From Rhina ancylostomus (taxonomy: Eukaryota), in contig JARFYF010000051.1 of the NCBI GenBank assembly GCA_030265395.1, positions 21,371,545 through 21,435,544 on the forward strand: DNA of 64,000 bases, in the 5' to 3' direction. A program made the position numbers and the translations under genes. The first letter of the stretch is position 1. The number at the start of each line of letters is the position of its first letter. A model generated the notes under the pieces. The model saw nothing but the letters and a program-made list of their open reading frames with translations, was not told where the DNA came from and searched no databases. Positions 1-51,710 of the stretch are shown piece by piece.

Positions 1-2016
1 CTAGGAATGCAGTTCAGAGGCCAGGGGTTGGAATACAGTTATGATGAGACAGAGCATATTACATAACTAGATGGAAAGCAGAGGACTGCAACAACACACA
101 TGCACTTCACAGACTACTGAGTCCAGCTATAGTTCCTGGTGGGTAGATGCAGTGCTGCAAGATTGCCCTCAAGTCCTACAGGTCAACTGTGCCCAGCCAG
201 TTCACTGTGACAATCTAAATAAAAGTTCAGTAGCAAATTACATCATTATTACAAAACTATCTGGAAGTCTGTCTGAAAATATTACGTTCATTTCTAAAGT
301 TTTGCAAAGACTGAGTTTGAGGGGAGGGTGCTGATAATTGCAGATTAAACAGTGGAGACTGGGAAAACTTCACCTCCTCTCCTGACCTATGATCACTGAT
401 GGATCCAGATGTTTCTCCTCCCTGCAATTGTCAAGTTTTCCAACCTGCAGCCAAGAAGTTTCTGTCTGTTAAAACATATGGCAGGCAGCCTGCTTAAACT
501 TGGTGAAATAACTGGCCGGCCTTTTGATAAACAATTTGCATGAAACCAAAGTAGGTGCATGCTCAAGGGATTGTTTTCACAACTTCAAGTCCTCTCCACA
601 CATCCTGAGGGGAGTTGAACCCCTGCCCCCCCCCCAATATTTTCACCTACAGCTTCTTATTTTCATCCCTCTAAGTCAGAGCCATTAGACATAGTTCTCA
701 CCAAACAACAACTATCTGAATGATTAGAACTACAGCAAGGCTGCACTTGGCAGTTATGCCTATTACTCAAATGAGCTAAAATATACTGACCAGCCCCTGT
801 AGGGATGCCCACTTCCTGCAACCACTTCCTGTGCAGAATTTTGCTGGTGACAGCACATCAAACCAAGAACAATAAACAGCCATAAAATATTGTTAATTAT
901 ACCTTTTATTATATGTGTGGTTCAGTTTGTAACAAAAATATTTTCATCAGCTTTCAGATCGATATAGAAGATAAAGTGAGGGGATACCTGGACAATTCAC
1001 TGATGATTTGACCGACCATATTATAAAACAGTCACTTTGGATTGACATAGTACAAATGCTTCCTTTGGGCAAATAGTTAAGTTTCTCCTGCTCAACAGAA
1101 GATACCAAACTGTATTTAAATATTTGCAGAATGTGCAATACAATCATTATTTAACAAGTCAATAGTTGTATACAGAATTACGCACACAGATGGTCTTTAC
1201 TGGTATCAAAAGTGTCTCAGAAAACAGCATTAATGTTCATATGAGCTGCTTGTTAAATATTAGTGTAAAGTACAATACAAGCAGCTTTTCTTCCACAGTG
1301 GCTTTAATCTATAGAAAGTACCATAGTGTAAATAGAGAGAAACTCAGGTTTTAAAAAAATCAATATTGTCAATAAATAGAAACTGAATTTTGAGCCCAGT
1401 GGCTCAAGCCTAATACTGCTGTTGAGTTTTATACAGCAATCCCATTCATCCAGTAACATCATAATCGTTGCACTACACCACAAAATTAAAATCTTTGGGG
1501 CATATTTACATTTTCTATTTCACATCAGCATTAAACATCCAAAATTAAAGCCCTCCAGAGTGAAATGGAGAGAAATGTCTCTCCACCAGGATTCATTCTA
1601 CATTGACACTACTGCACTAAAAGCACAAACATCAGCAGCACATTTTTGGAAACTACAGGCAGGATTCTAAGACTTAGTCACAAAATTCAACATTTGCTTT
1701 GGAATTACCCTTAAATCTTCATGACAGCATGTCTGCATGTTTTGTTTTTGCTTTTTTGGGAACTGGGAAGCAGAGGGAAAAGGCAAGTAAATATCTTCAA
1801 AGTTATACATGTAATCTTATACATTTTTTGATGAAAGAAACCAGTTCTTTGTAAAATGCAACTGCGCAGTAAGAAAATATTTTCTTCAAGGTAACAAACA
1901 ATACTCAGATAAACATATTATCAATGTACAGGGTCACTCAAACTACTGCTATCAAAATCAAGGTAAAGGGGAAACATGGTAATGAGAACTTGTCTCCTTC
2001 CTAGGCAATACCTCAG

Positions 2017-2925
2017 GATGGAGGACGGCTTACTCCCCTCTGGTTTTGTGGGTTCCGAGATGTCTGATGGGGCCAATGTGGGGACCACAAACCCTTCCAC
2101 AAAAGGGGCAAGGTGATGCTTGACAGGCAAGATGAGTGGGTAACACGCAGGGTGGTGTGCTCCTTTCTCCAATTATGCACAGCTTCTGTGTACTCCCAAA
2201 GTATAGACTCATGGTTCACTCTCCACTAGACTGGCAAAAAGCCAGAAATTCCCAAAAGTCAGTGGAGCTGCTGCGTTTCTTCAAGGGGGGTTTCAGCACA
2301 GCCTTGAATCCTTTCCTCTGTCTGCCTGATAATCTCTTCCCATGAACAAGTTTGGAATGAAGTGTCTGTGCGGGGACTCTGGCGTCAAGCATGTGAGTGA
2401 CATGGTCTGCCTGATGCAGCTGACTGAGTGTAACCAGGGCCTCAATGCTGGTGATGTTGGCTGGAAGAGACATGAATGTTGGTTCACTTATCCTTCCAAT
2501 GGAATTGGAGAATTTTGAAGAGTCAGCATTGGTAGCATCTCTCCAGTGTCTTGAGATATCTACTGTAGATAATTAACATCTCAGAAGCATACTATAGGCA
2601 GGGATCAGTGCTGCTCAGTGAACCATGAATTTTGTGATAGATCTGTGGTTTTGATTTTCAAATAACCTTTTCTTNNNNCAACCAAAGATTTTGCTGGTGC
2701 ATTGAAGGTGACAGTGAATATCGTCATCAATGTCAGCCTTCACCAGGAGGTGCCTCCTGAGATGTGGGAAGTGGTCCATCTTGTCCAAGGTCTCGCCATC
2801 AACCTTTATTGTTGGAAGGCAGGGTGGTGTAACAAGAACAGGTTGGCAGAGGACCATAGTCTTTCAGATGTTGAGTGCTAGGCTCATCTTCTCATATACT
2901 ATAGTGAATGAGTCAACAATGGCTT
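2017..2925 (-). mobile_element. RTE-clade LINE, decayed 3' fragment
   Basis: Minus-strand peptides PTIKVDGETLDKMDHFPHL...ADIDDDIHCHLQC...KKRLF and HVTHM.D.R.P.Q...GKR..GRQRK.FK..LK match the RTE RT C-terminal region. Confidence 0.8.
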
Positions 2926-3962
2926 ACGTTGAGCAGACTCTACTCAGCCAATCCAACTATAGGCCAATTTTAATACTTTGAATGCTGCCCTGGCTCAGGT
3001 CAACTCATAAGGGTTTAGCTGAGGATCAAGCATTCAGTCTGGGACCTTTTCATTTGCAATGGTTTGGATCTGCACCCATTATTGCTTTAACACACAAAGC
3101 ACCCCAAAATCCAAAAATGATCTTATTGCTGATATTTACATAGGTTTCCCTGTACAACTATTCTCAAAACATTGCAGTTCACCTGAGCAATGCAAACACA
3201 CAAAATGAATTATAGAACACATAGAATTCTATTATTAAAAAAAAATCAACTGCATATCAAGCATTTTCAATGGCAAGAGAAACACATTAGTTCAGATGAA
3301 AAATCACTAATCTGAAACATTAAATCTGCTTCTCCCTCCACAGATGTTGTGAGAAATGCTGAGACTTCCCAGCTGTTCCTATTTCAGATGTCCAGCATTT
3401 GTAGTACTTTGCCTTTATCAACACAATTCAACATCTTGTCGTAGTCTGACTTGCTATTGCAGTGTGGTGAAAGGTATCCAACTCAGGCAGTCTCAGTATT
3501 TTGTACTTCAGGAAATGCTTAATATTCTCTGTTCTAACAAAAAGGAATGATAGACTAAAGGTAGGAAGTTAAACACCAATTCAGATCATTTCTATCTTCA
3601 AACCAGCTAACTAACGGGGAAGGCACAGAAAAGCAGAAAATAAAAACAAACTACAATAACAATAATGAATAAATGGAGCTTGTACATTTTCAGACTCTAC
3701 TTCAAGCTCTACCAGTGCACATAATGCAAGACCTCTTGAATAATTACTTAGTGATCAGCTCCAAATCCCTTTTTCTTAACATCAGCTAAACAGTTTTGAA
3801 ATGTTAATCATGATCAGAGAAAAAACAGTCACTTGAGAATAAGCAGTGTTCAGGATTTCTCTGATTTCTATCACTGTTGTGTCACAGGTCAGGAGGCAAC
3901 AGGGCAGAAAAATATTGGCAAGCTGTCAAAGAAACGGCTCATGTAATGAACTCTGTGGATAT

Positions 3963-3968
3963 TTTATT
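3963..3968 (-). promoter_or_regulatory. Possible AATAAA polyadenylation signal for HGF (3'UTR ~0.96 kb)
   Basis: First canonical AATAAA I found on the minus strand downstream of the stop. Such hexamers are common in AT-rich DNA. Confidence 0.25.
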
Positions 3969-4925
3969 GTGACATTGTTCGAGAAGCTGCTGAGGCTGGG
4001 GTTTGTATTTTAGGTTTCATTCACCTTCCCTGAAACTATCTGGGTTAAAATAATATCCAAGTCTGGCCAGCAGACAGGTAAGGAATTAAAGATATCCACA
4101 ACCCACACCTTGAGTAGTGAAGATTATTCTGTCTGCAGTTCAGGTGAGTCCGGGAATAGACAGAGAGTGAGGTGTTGCTCTTATTAGTAAGACAGCACTG
4201 AATAGAAATTTCTGTCTTTGAAAATATATAAATTAACTTTAAAATCATTTTAGTTCTTGGAGGTGAATACCATCTTGTGCAAGAGACTTTGGAACAAACA
4301 GGCAGCAATTAGCTTGTAATAATGGCTTCAAAATCATGATTAAAATCCATTTCACCAGACAGAAGGTATTTTGAAAAGCTCAGTAGGAAAAGCACTTAGA
4401 AAATTCACCTTAAACAGCAGTGAAATGATAATTGGAGGCCCAGTGATTTTAAATGAGCCCAATCCAAGGTAGGTCAAGTATTAATGACAGATAAGTATTG
4501 CCATGGTATCCAATTCTTTGGATGCCTACATTCAATGTCAAGGAATTGGATGAATATTTGACCTAAAGAGAACTTCCAAGAAATTAACTTGAAATAAAGC
4601 ATTAAAGTTTTATGGAATTTACTGAAATGTTTGTCCAGAACAGTGCAGGCAGCCTTACCAAGTGTGCAGAAATAGATTTTCAATCATAAACTGTATAGTT
4701 ACATAAAATACTTCAATGGTTTTCTCACATGCATCAACATGCCACAGCTTTGATTTACCATTCAAAAGTAAAGAAAGAGTCTCTTGCAAAGAATAAGCAA
4801 CAGGTCAGACAAATCACTTATCAATGAAAGTATCTAAAGATGTGCCAAGTATCTGCAGCAGTATAGCTCTTCAATTGATAAATTACATATTTAATAATTT
4901 GGGATTTCTGTGACATACAGTATAT

Positions 4926-42274
<37,349 letters not shown>

Positions 42275-43649
42275 CTGAAAAGAAAGGGGGAAAATAAATA
42301 TTTAACTGATTGAAAGTATTTCTGTATCTTGAACCAAATTCATTAACTGACCATGAGCATTGCAAACACAGGGCAGTGTGGAGTTCTGATGCATTGTTTT
42401 CATTAAAATGTATCCCAAAATCTTATCAACTTTAATTAACACATTTAATGCAAGACAGAAGTCAAAATCAAGCCAAACACCTTATAAAATAAACTGGCAC
42501 AGTAACAGGCCAAATCGGCCCATATAATTCTGTGAATCTGTACTGGTTCCACACTTATGTAGCTCAATCCTTTCAATGACCATCCCCACTCAAGTGTTCA
42601 AAATTATAGTAAAGGGCACCCTTTATATTTATCAACTTGAAAAAAGCCATCAGCTCCTCACACCTTTGTTCTTAATTCCAAACGGTCACCTCTGGTGATC
42701 TGCATTGAATCATTTCCATTGTTTTTGAATTCTTCTTTCCAAGGGGTGCACCAGCTCAAAATCTTCCAGAAAACTGAAATAGTTTTGTTCCTTGGACCAT
42801 GCATTGGATACAAAGTGCAATCCTCATTTGTACACTTCTTTCACAGGATACAAAGGGCATCCCTTACTGTGTACAGTGCACAGAGTATGCAAAATGAAAT
42901 CTTTTTTAGCTTTATATAATTGATTGACCTTTGCATCTGCATGTCAGTAGCCCTTGTGTCCCGTTAAGATGCCTTTCCTTCCTCTGATCCACCTTAACTC
43001 TGGCATTTAGCAGTGAACTGCAACTCGCATTTTGTTGCCCAGACTTCCCTGTGATCTGTCAGTACAGTGTGTCATGTTCCCCTTAATTTAACATCTTTGG
43101 CCAAGTCTAGTACTATTCTCCAAATCAAAGTAAAATTCAGAGTAAATCAGAGTGTCTCCCAACATGATTCCACCCTTTCCACTTTGATAAAAATCCTTGT
43201 ACCACTTCTCTTTTGATGCCTCCAAGTAGTCACTTCAGTCACACGTCTTTATCCCATGCTTTATGCAGTAGCTTCTCCAACGCTTTTTCAAAATCTATGT
43301 CTCCTGCACGCCATTTATTCAAAGAAAAAACTCTACTGTTGATCACAAATGACCTGCCCAGATAGCAATCCCGGATTCTCCCGGTGTTTACTTAATTTAC
43401 TCCTGTCCGATGGTCTCTGGGAGCTTGCCAACAACTGAAACAAGATTCGTCCATTCTAATGCTTCAGTTTACACCAGTCTCCTTTCGAGAAGAACGCTGC
43501 AATTCACAGTTGCTCAGTCTTCAAACATGCTGTTCCCTTCAACGGCAAATTTGTAAAAATGCAGAAGAGACAACCCTACTGCTGATTTCAAACTCACTTC
43601 AGCAGTCAGCAGTGACAATAAGAGGTTTAGCAATTCAGCAGAATCTTGA

Positions 43650-46500
43650 CTGAGCATCTCACACCGCCGTTTGCAACCACACGCAAGTCGGGCTCAAGGA
43701 AACCAGCTTATTAAGAACTTTTTCTGGTACATTGTCACAGGGCAAATATCGATCTTATTCCAGGAATTACTTTACCCTTATTAATCACTACCCTTCACGA
43801 ACAGCAACGAGCACAATAAACCCGCTGATGATCTGATACTGCCCCTGCCATGCAAGAGATTGCACAACCCATCAACCCGCAGGCATCCAACGATTGTGGG
43901 TTCACCTGCTGGTTCAGAGTCACACGGGCAGATGTCTGTAGAACACAGGATCAAGTTACCGCTCTACTATTAACCCCAGTGCCCATTTTACACTTAAATC
44001 GTGAACCTGCAGACCCCTACAATCATTGTTGAGTTATTTCTGATGATCAAGAAACAATGCAAATATATCTTTGATGTCATGATTACAAATGAAACAAATT
44101 GAACNNNNNNNNNNNNNNNNNNNNNNNNNNNNNNNNNNNNNNNNNNNNNNNNNNNNNNNNNNNNNNNNNNNNNNNNNNNNNNNNNNNNNNNNNNNNNNNN
44201 NNNNGAACACATGCAAACGACGGTGAAATGAAACTCGGGCCTCTGCGGGAAACATGAATTCTGCTCGAGGTTCAGCCTGCGTTTTCAGGTCGTGTCAGGG
44301 TTGATGGTTTGCGTTCTGCCGTGGCGAATCTCCACCCTCACTCAGGTCGTGTCTCAGGTTGCCAGGAGCAGCAGGACCAGGAGTGAGCATCGGCAGTCCA
44401 ATCTGGATTCTCTAAACTGCAGACGCGGCTGGAAAAGCGGCACTTCAACAAAATAAAGAGTTTGTTGATGCGGTCAGGTCTCTCTCACCGAAAATTAAAT
44501 AGAAATTCGCCGCTGTGGTTTATTGCGGCATCAAGTACTAAACATTCACTGGCTGAGCAGCAGAAGTCGGTGTTAGACGTTGGAGCATATACCGAGGGCC
44601 ATCCTCACTGTACACTCCATGCACTGGACACAAGTGCAATCCTCATTTAAACACTCCAACCCTTGGCCGGATATATTCTAAGATCACTATTAAACTCATG
44701 GAATTTAAGGTGACTTCCCAGGTCTATTTTCCCAATAGCAAAATGTGTGCCTGGATTTTATTCAGTTGTAGGTCAGTAACCCCCCCCTCAGCCACCAACA
44801 GTTCAGAGTTGAACAACTCCCGCAGTATTACTCCGGTCACGTTTCTACTGAAAAAGTTCATTCGCCACATCGAGCGCAACCCAATCAAATTCATTTTTTT
44901 GTTTCTTTTCTGCCAGTCAGGGTGGGCTCTGAGTTAAATTAATTGGACTCACTAAAGACAGAATCTTCTCAGTAGAACGGATGACATTATTTTCGTTCCT
45001 GTAATGTTTACTTTGGAGTAAGATCTAACCGGTGGGAGAGGAAGACACGAGTGTGGTGGAGATAGGCGCCTGTGCCATCACCCTGACAGGGAGCAGATTG
45101 GGTTCTGGACAGTTGCAACCTTGACAGGGAGGTCTCGGGCATCCTCTGAAAAAAAATCCTCCACCAAGCGTGGAATTAGAGTGCCTGTGGTAATAACCCC
45201 ACAGGCAGCATCATGATCTCCTCCGACACATGACTGTACTTTGCTAATCAATGATACATTCAGAATAAAGGGGGGGGGGGTCAAACTAAGGTCACCTAAC
45301 TGACAAGCTGGGGGACCCTAGTTTATGAGTTTTTATTTTTATTTTTTAATTCTACGAGCTAAAGTTTACCAATTCTAATGTGGTCCTCTGCTCTACTCTT
45401 TTATTGCAGCTTGGGTGGGTTTCATTAAAATCACCTTACTGGGACAAGCTGGTGCCACTGGCTGATGTGGCTGCGTTAGCACCTCATTGATCCTATTTGC
45501 TTTTAATTGTCAGATCAGGAGTGCTCCATTCATNNNNNNNNNNNNNNNNNNNNNNNNNNCCAATAAGTGAGGCGCAGAAGACCTTGAGCCCATTCAGAGT
45601 GTCTGAAGTAACAGCCTCTGTTTCTCACTCAAAAGTTTGCGTCCTTCACAATAACCTCGCCAAAGTTACTACAGTTCAAGCACTCTCGGAGTTTGACTCC
45701 TTCAGGAACATTCCCAGCTTCCATCCAAAGACATCCAAACATTGCCTCGCTGTTTCCATTCAAGTTCTCAGGTCTGGAGCCCCGTTGCATTCACTCAGCG
45801 CTCGCACTGAACTGTCAGCACCACCACTGCCACCCCGCCTCAGACACACGCACACACCAAGTAGAAAATATCAAACCTGTCAGGATGAGGGTGCAGAGTG
45901 ACAACAGGATTCTCGCTGTCCCCAGCATGGTGAATGTCAGCAACGCGCAGAACTATCCGATGGGGCTCCTGGGGTTTTATCCTCTCGTTGCAATGTTTTG
46001 CCAAATGTAGCCGGGAAAGTGCGTTTTATTCCTGTAAAATCTGCTCTCAAGCCAACCAATCCCGTTATATCCCCGCCCCTCACCGGTCTCCACCAGTCCC
46101 CGTGCTGCTCCACTGATCTGGGATATTTTGGTCAACACGTTACGGAATAAGGATTCCAAAATCAGATGACCAGGTTTCCGAATGACTCCTGGCGATCTAC
46201 AGGGATGACTGAAATATAGAAATCAGCAGTTACCAAACCGTGATCGTGTTGCTACTGTTCTCGCAATACATTGCTTCGCTAGTGCACTGTCAACAAAACG
46301 CTAAGAGTTGTTTTAGACAATTGTTCACGTAATCCGCCACGGTGAAGACATTGTAATGCCAGGTCACTAGTTCAGACCCAATTCGTATTGTTTCAACTAA
46401 CTGAAACATCCGATGTCCACAAAGATGCGTGCACTCTTCAATTGGTTCTTTGACATTCCGACATTATCTGACTACAGCGTATATTTAATAATTCTGGCAC
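43650..46500. promoter_or_regulatory. CpG-enriched unique region: likely HGF promoter/5'UTR
   Basis: Visibly more CG dinucleotides than the CpG-depleted surroundings, no recognisable repeat, and located just upstream of exon 2. Confidence 0.5.
44205..44255 (-). CDS. HGF: Candidate HGF exon 1, 5' part (MFPAEARVSFHRRLHVF...), truncated by assembly gap
   Basis: ATG in a CpG-rich segment ~2 kb upstream of exon 2. A basic n-region (RR) is followed by a hydrophobic start (LHVF) that runs into the 100-N gap 44105-44204. No complete signal-peptide exon was found elsewhere. Donor site not visible. Confidence 0.35.
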
Positions 46501-47844
46501 TCTATAACAGGGCAACTGATAAATGCAGTAAAATACTGGACTGGGACCAAGAAAAATGTACATCTGGTGCTCCTCGAATCACCCCATTGGTGAGGCTGAA
46601 ACTTACTGTAAAACTTTGCCAGTCTTGTGTATATTTTTGGCAAGAAACTTGGAATAATTACATTAACAGGATCGAGAAATTTATTTATAATGTCTTACAT
46701 TGATATTGATCTAAAATGATGAACCTGTTTTCTGGGCAACCATTACAGGAAAGCAGCTGTACACCCACCACATCTGCTTCTGGACTGTATTTCCAGAGGT
46801 TATTGCAATCTTACACTCAGAACCAGATCAAGAGTGGTTGGAGCCCTGACCCATTCAGACATCTGGGTCATCAAGAACCAATACCCTCCCCACCCCCACC
46901 ATATAGCCCCTGCATTAATCCAGAAACAGACTTGGATTTAAATACTGCTCACGATCCTTTTCAGCATATTCCAAGGAACATTGTTGTCAATGAAACACTT
47001 GCAAAGTGTGTTCACCACAGCTTTGTAGGACAGGTGCAGCCAATCTACTCTCCACATACTACCACAAACAATAATTTGATAATGACCAGAAAATCTGCTT
47101 TTAGGGATTTTCATCGAGATAAATATTGTCCAGGGCATGAAAAAGCAAAGATATACTAAATACAGACTAAAGTGCTTGGATACAGACTTTCTGCATGATA
47201 TACTTGGGGCACTATAACCTCTACATTTGCTGGGGCTCCTGGGTGTGTTTATTCACCCCATAGGATCGGCTGAACCCAAAATGAGTTCACCTTCACTGAA
47301 AAAGATAGACAGATACTTACATAATGCAACAAGTATGGAGCAAAGTATTACACCCTGTCATGGTTCTGAGTTCTGGCCCTCAATTTGGCTCATTAATGCC
47401 TTGTTGTCCAGCACATGGATTCCATGCNNNNNNNNNNNNNNNNNNNNNNNNNNNNNNNNNNNNNNNNNNNNNNNNNNNNNNNNNNNNNNNNNNNNNNNNN
47501 NNNNNNNNNNNNNNNNNNNNNNNNNNNTATCCTGACTCCAGTCGTATATTGGTGTGCCGCATTTGGGTTCTCTGTGAGTTTGATCTGGATCAACATTGTG
47601 ACACACCCAACTAATACTGAAAAATTCAGCCTTGCAAATATATGTATAATACATCACAATCTTAAATCACTTCAATTAATTCCTAACATGTGCATTGCCT
47701 TTTTTTTCTACTGTCCCCCTATCAGTTGTTTCCAGTTACAACAGAACCTTCATTGGCAAAAATTCTTTAAAGTTCACATGGAAATTCCCGATATATGTTC
47801 CTGGGGTGAAGGATTCATGATCTGTAAAATTATTAATAGAATAC

Positions 47845-48130
47845 TAATAGAAACAGGCCCGTTAGCCCACCATGTCCATGCCAACCATCAAATACCTATC
47901 CACACCAATCCCATTTGCCAGCACTTTGTCCTTGCCTTTGATGCCTTGGCGATTCAAGTACCCATACAGATACTTCTGTAAGTGCTGTGAGAGTATCTGT
48001 CTCCACTACCTTCTCAGGCAGTGCATTCCAAATTGCAGCAACCCAGAAAAACACATTTCATCACATCCCCTCTGACACTTGTTCCTCGTCTCAAACCCAT
48101 GGCCTCTGGTTTTAGATGTTATGGGGGAAG
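47845..48130 (-). mobile_element. CR1 3' fragment
   Basis: gaaacaggccc..tagcccaccatgtccatg...ctccactacc..ctcaggcagtgcattcca is the reverse complement of a CR1 3' end. Confidence 0.7.
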
Positions 48131-49639
48131 GTCCATGAAGAATTTCTGCACCATAAGGATTCTGCTGTAACTGGAAACATCACTTGGGAGAAGTGTAAAA
48201 CTGTGGCACATAACAAACATATTTACAAGACTAATTTTTGAATACTTTGCTCCGATCCCACTAGAGAAAATCCATCTGAAATAAATCTGCATTTTGCCAC
48301 TGGCTGGATTGGTCTATTTGTAGAATAAAAGGTTATGTCTCACAAAGAGGCCATTTGGCCCATCATTTCATGTCAAGCTATTCCCACACCTCGGCTCCTG
48401 ATCTGTAACCTTTAGAGTTCCCATGCTTCAAGTGTTTATCCAAATGTTTTTAAGTAGGATGAGGGATTCTGCCTCCATCACTCATTAGATGGTGAGTTCC
48501 AAATACCAAGCACTTTTGGGCCTAGTAAAATGTCATCGTCTCCTCCATATTCAATCTGCCATATACAGTAAGTGTAGTTTATGCTGAATTCTCACATAGA
48601 AGGCACTTCTAAAGGTTCAAACTGCTTGAAGCTAGGCTTGTCTTTAAAGCTTATTGTCAGCCCTTTGATGCTTCTTCCTGTCATCTGTGGCTTCATTCTG
48701 GATGATATGATATACACCTACTTGGCACATCTGCCAACTTTGATCTGGGTCAAACTTGTTGAATGTTTATCTCAATTAAATGGATAATTATGAGACACAA
48801 TCACAATGAATAGAGTTTCCTACATTAAACAGAATTTGTCATTTCATTGTGACACTGCCTTGAAGGTGAGCTCTGGGTCATACAGCTTCATTGAAGGGAT
48901 GTTGGTTTCCTGCAAACTGTTCCATCAAGTGGTCTGTGACTGAATGTTCCAAGCACATCTATAATGTATTTGTAATACTTTAAACTAAAATGAAAACCTC
49001 CATTTTAAAACTAGTGTGGTCAGAATGTGCTCCTTGCATGACATTGTGCCTATTTATCCCGATTGTATTTGATTGTCCTTTTGAAATGAGTGATTAACCT
49101 AAACAAATACCATAATATTTCAAAATCCAATTTTAGATGTGATTATTAGCAGTGAGCAGTTTTGGCCCAGTCATGAATACAAGTTAACTGTGATAACTAT
49201 TGACTTGCATGCAAGACTGATTCCAGACTTATATCACTAAATTTCCAGACAATTCCCTTTCAAATTTCCTTATCACCTAGCCATTAATAGTATTTTCTTC
49301 TGGTCTGCAAAATTACAGCACATCAATCTTTTAAGACAATAATAACTCTGTTTCCTAATAAAGCTTATTTTAAATATCATGTATTAATCCAAAATGTTAA
49401 AATAACGAACATAGAAATACTCCCAAAACACCAGAGAAAATAATTTCTAAACTTCAGAATCAGATTGAATCCTGACACAATGGTCACTGAGCTGTGCAAT
49501 CATCAACAAAACATGGCCATGTTACCTTTCCACCTTAACCCATTTGTTGCCTTGTGCTCCAAGTGCTGGGTTCTAATGTCCAACTTTACATCTCAAAAGG
49601 GAAGAGGTGAACCACTTTAGTCAACAACACAAGATTAAT

Positions 49640-51710
49640 GGAAATGCAAGAAACTGCAGATGCTGGGATCTGGAGCAAAAAACAAGCTCCTGGAGGAACT
49701 CAGTGGGTCAGACAGCATGTGGAGGCAAAGGGATAGTTGACATTTCAAGTCCAGAACCTGTATCAGGACTGAAAGGTAAAGGGGAGGCAGCCAGCATAAG
49801 GAGATGAAGGGGTGCAATGGAGCAGGAACTAGCAAGAGGCAAGTGGATCCAGGTGAGGAGGGGTTGATGGGCAGACGGAGCTAGATGGGGAAAGAGTGGT
49901 GGGGATAANNNNNNNNNNNNNNNNNNNNNNNNNNNNNNNNNNNNNNNNNNNNNNNNNNNNNNNNNNNNNNNNNNNNNNNNNNNNNNNNNNNNNNNNNNNN
50001 NNNNNNNNNNNNNNNNNNNNNNNNNNNNNNNNNNNNNNNNNNNNNNNNNNNNNNNNNNNNNNNNNNNNNNNNNNNNNNNNNNNNNNNNNNNNNNNNNNNN
50101 NNNNNNNNNNNNNNNNNNNNNNNNNNNNNNNNNNNNNNNNNNNNNNNNNNNNNNNNNNNNNNNNNNNNNNNNNNNNNNNNNNNNNNNNNNNNNNNNNNNN
50201 NNNNNNNNNNNNNNNNNNNNNNNNNNNNNNNNNNNNNNNNNNNNNNNNNNNNNNNNNNNNNNNNNNNNNNNNNNNNNNNNNNNNNNNNNNNNNNNNNNNN
50301 NNNNNNNNNNNNNNNNNNNNNNNNNNNNNNNNNNNNNNNNNNNNNNNNNNNNNNNNNNNNNNNNNNNNNNNNNNNNNNNNNNNNNNNNNNNNNNNNNNNN
50401 NNNNNNNNNNNNNNNNNNNNNNNNNNNNNNNNNNNNNNNNNNNNNNNNNNNNNNNNNNNNNNNNNNNNNNNNNNNNNNNNNNNNNNNNNNNNNNNNNNNN
50501 NNNNNNNNNNNNNNNNNNNNNNNNNNNNNNNNNNNNNNNNNNNNNNNNNNNNNNNNNNNNNNNNNNNNNNNNNNNNNNNNNNNNNNNNNNNNNNNNNNNN
50601 NNNNNNNNNNNNNNNNNNNNNNNNNNNNNNNNNNNNNNNNNNNNNNNNNNNNNNNNNNNNNNNNNNNNNNNNNNNNNNNNNNNNNNNNNNNNNNNNNNNN
50701 NNNNNNNNNNNNNNNNNNNNNNNNNNNNNNNNNNNNNNNNNNNNNNNNNNNNNNNNNNNNNNNNNNNNNNNNNNNNNNNNNNNNNNNNNNNNNNNNNNNN
50801 NNNNNNNNNNNNNNNNNNNNNNNNNNNNNNNNNNNNNNNNNNNNNNNNNNNNNNNNNNNNNNNNNNNNNNNNNNNNNNNNNNNNNNNNNNNNNNNNNNNN
50901 NNGGGTGGATCAGAAGGAGAGAGAAAGGAACAGAGTGGCTGCAGGTCACCTGAAAAGGGAGAATACAATGTTCATCCTATCAGGTTGTAGACTGCCCAGG
51001 AGGACTATGAGCTGCTGCTCCTAATAGTTTGCATTTGGCTTCACCCTGGCAGTGAAGGAGGCCAAGGACAAGCAGGTCAGTGTGCGAATGGGGATGGGAA
51101 TTAAATGGTTAGCAACCAGGAGCTCCAGGTGGCCATGGTGGACACAGTGCAGGTGCTTGGCAGAGTGGCCACCCAGTCTGTGTTTGGTGTCGGTGATGCA
51201 GAGGCCACATCAAGAGCACTGAATGTAGTAAACAAGGTTGCAGGAGGTGCGTGTGAATCTCTGCCTCACCTGGAAGGGCTGATTAGGGTGCTGGGTGATG
51301 GCGAGGGTGGAGGTGTACAGACAAGTGTTGCACCTCCCAGGATTACAGGTGATGGGTTGGGTTGAGAGGAATGAATGAATCAGGGAGTCACCAGAGCATG
51401 GTCCCTGTGGAAAGCAGAAAGGGGTGCAGAGCAGCTGGCAGAGATGGTGGAATGATGAAGGGAATGGAGGGAAATGGATGATACACAGGAGGAGGACATC
51501 TAGTATAAATTGGCATCCAGATTGGCACAATATTGTGGGCCAAATGGCCTGCCTGGTGCTGTACTGTCCTATGTTCTATATTCTATAAGGATGATGTGCT
51601 GGATGCAGAGGCTGATAGGGTGAAAAGCAAGGACCAAGGGAACTCATTCTCTTCTGCCTGGGGGAAGGAGTGAGAGACGAAGTGTGGGAAATGGACGGGA
51701 TATCAGTGAG
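49640..51710 (-). mobile_element. Penelope-like element (GIY-YIG remnants and pLTR) spanning a ~1-kb gap, with a small CR1 tail inserted at ~51455-51587
   Basis: Minus-strand RCNTC...PFQVRQRFTRTSCNLVYYIQCS and VPLVLAFHPISLCIQHII; terminal repeat at 49640-49775. Confidence 0.8.

Noticed and set aside
44354-44402. Hydrophobic CSLLVLLLLAT stretch on the minus strand as a signal peptide
   Set aside because: It is followed immediately by TGA and has no in-frame ATG.
45560-45593. Alternative exon-1 candidate MGSRSSAPHLL running into a 26-N gap
   Set aside because: Less signal-like, and the stated gap is short for an h-region plus donor. It cannot be fully excluded.
49708-50990. Long ORFs (364-413 aa) in the ORF track, and similar ones at 27673-28317
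   Set aside because: They consist almost entirely of N-gap codons.
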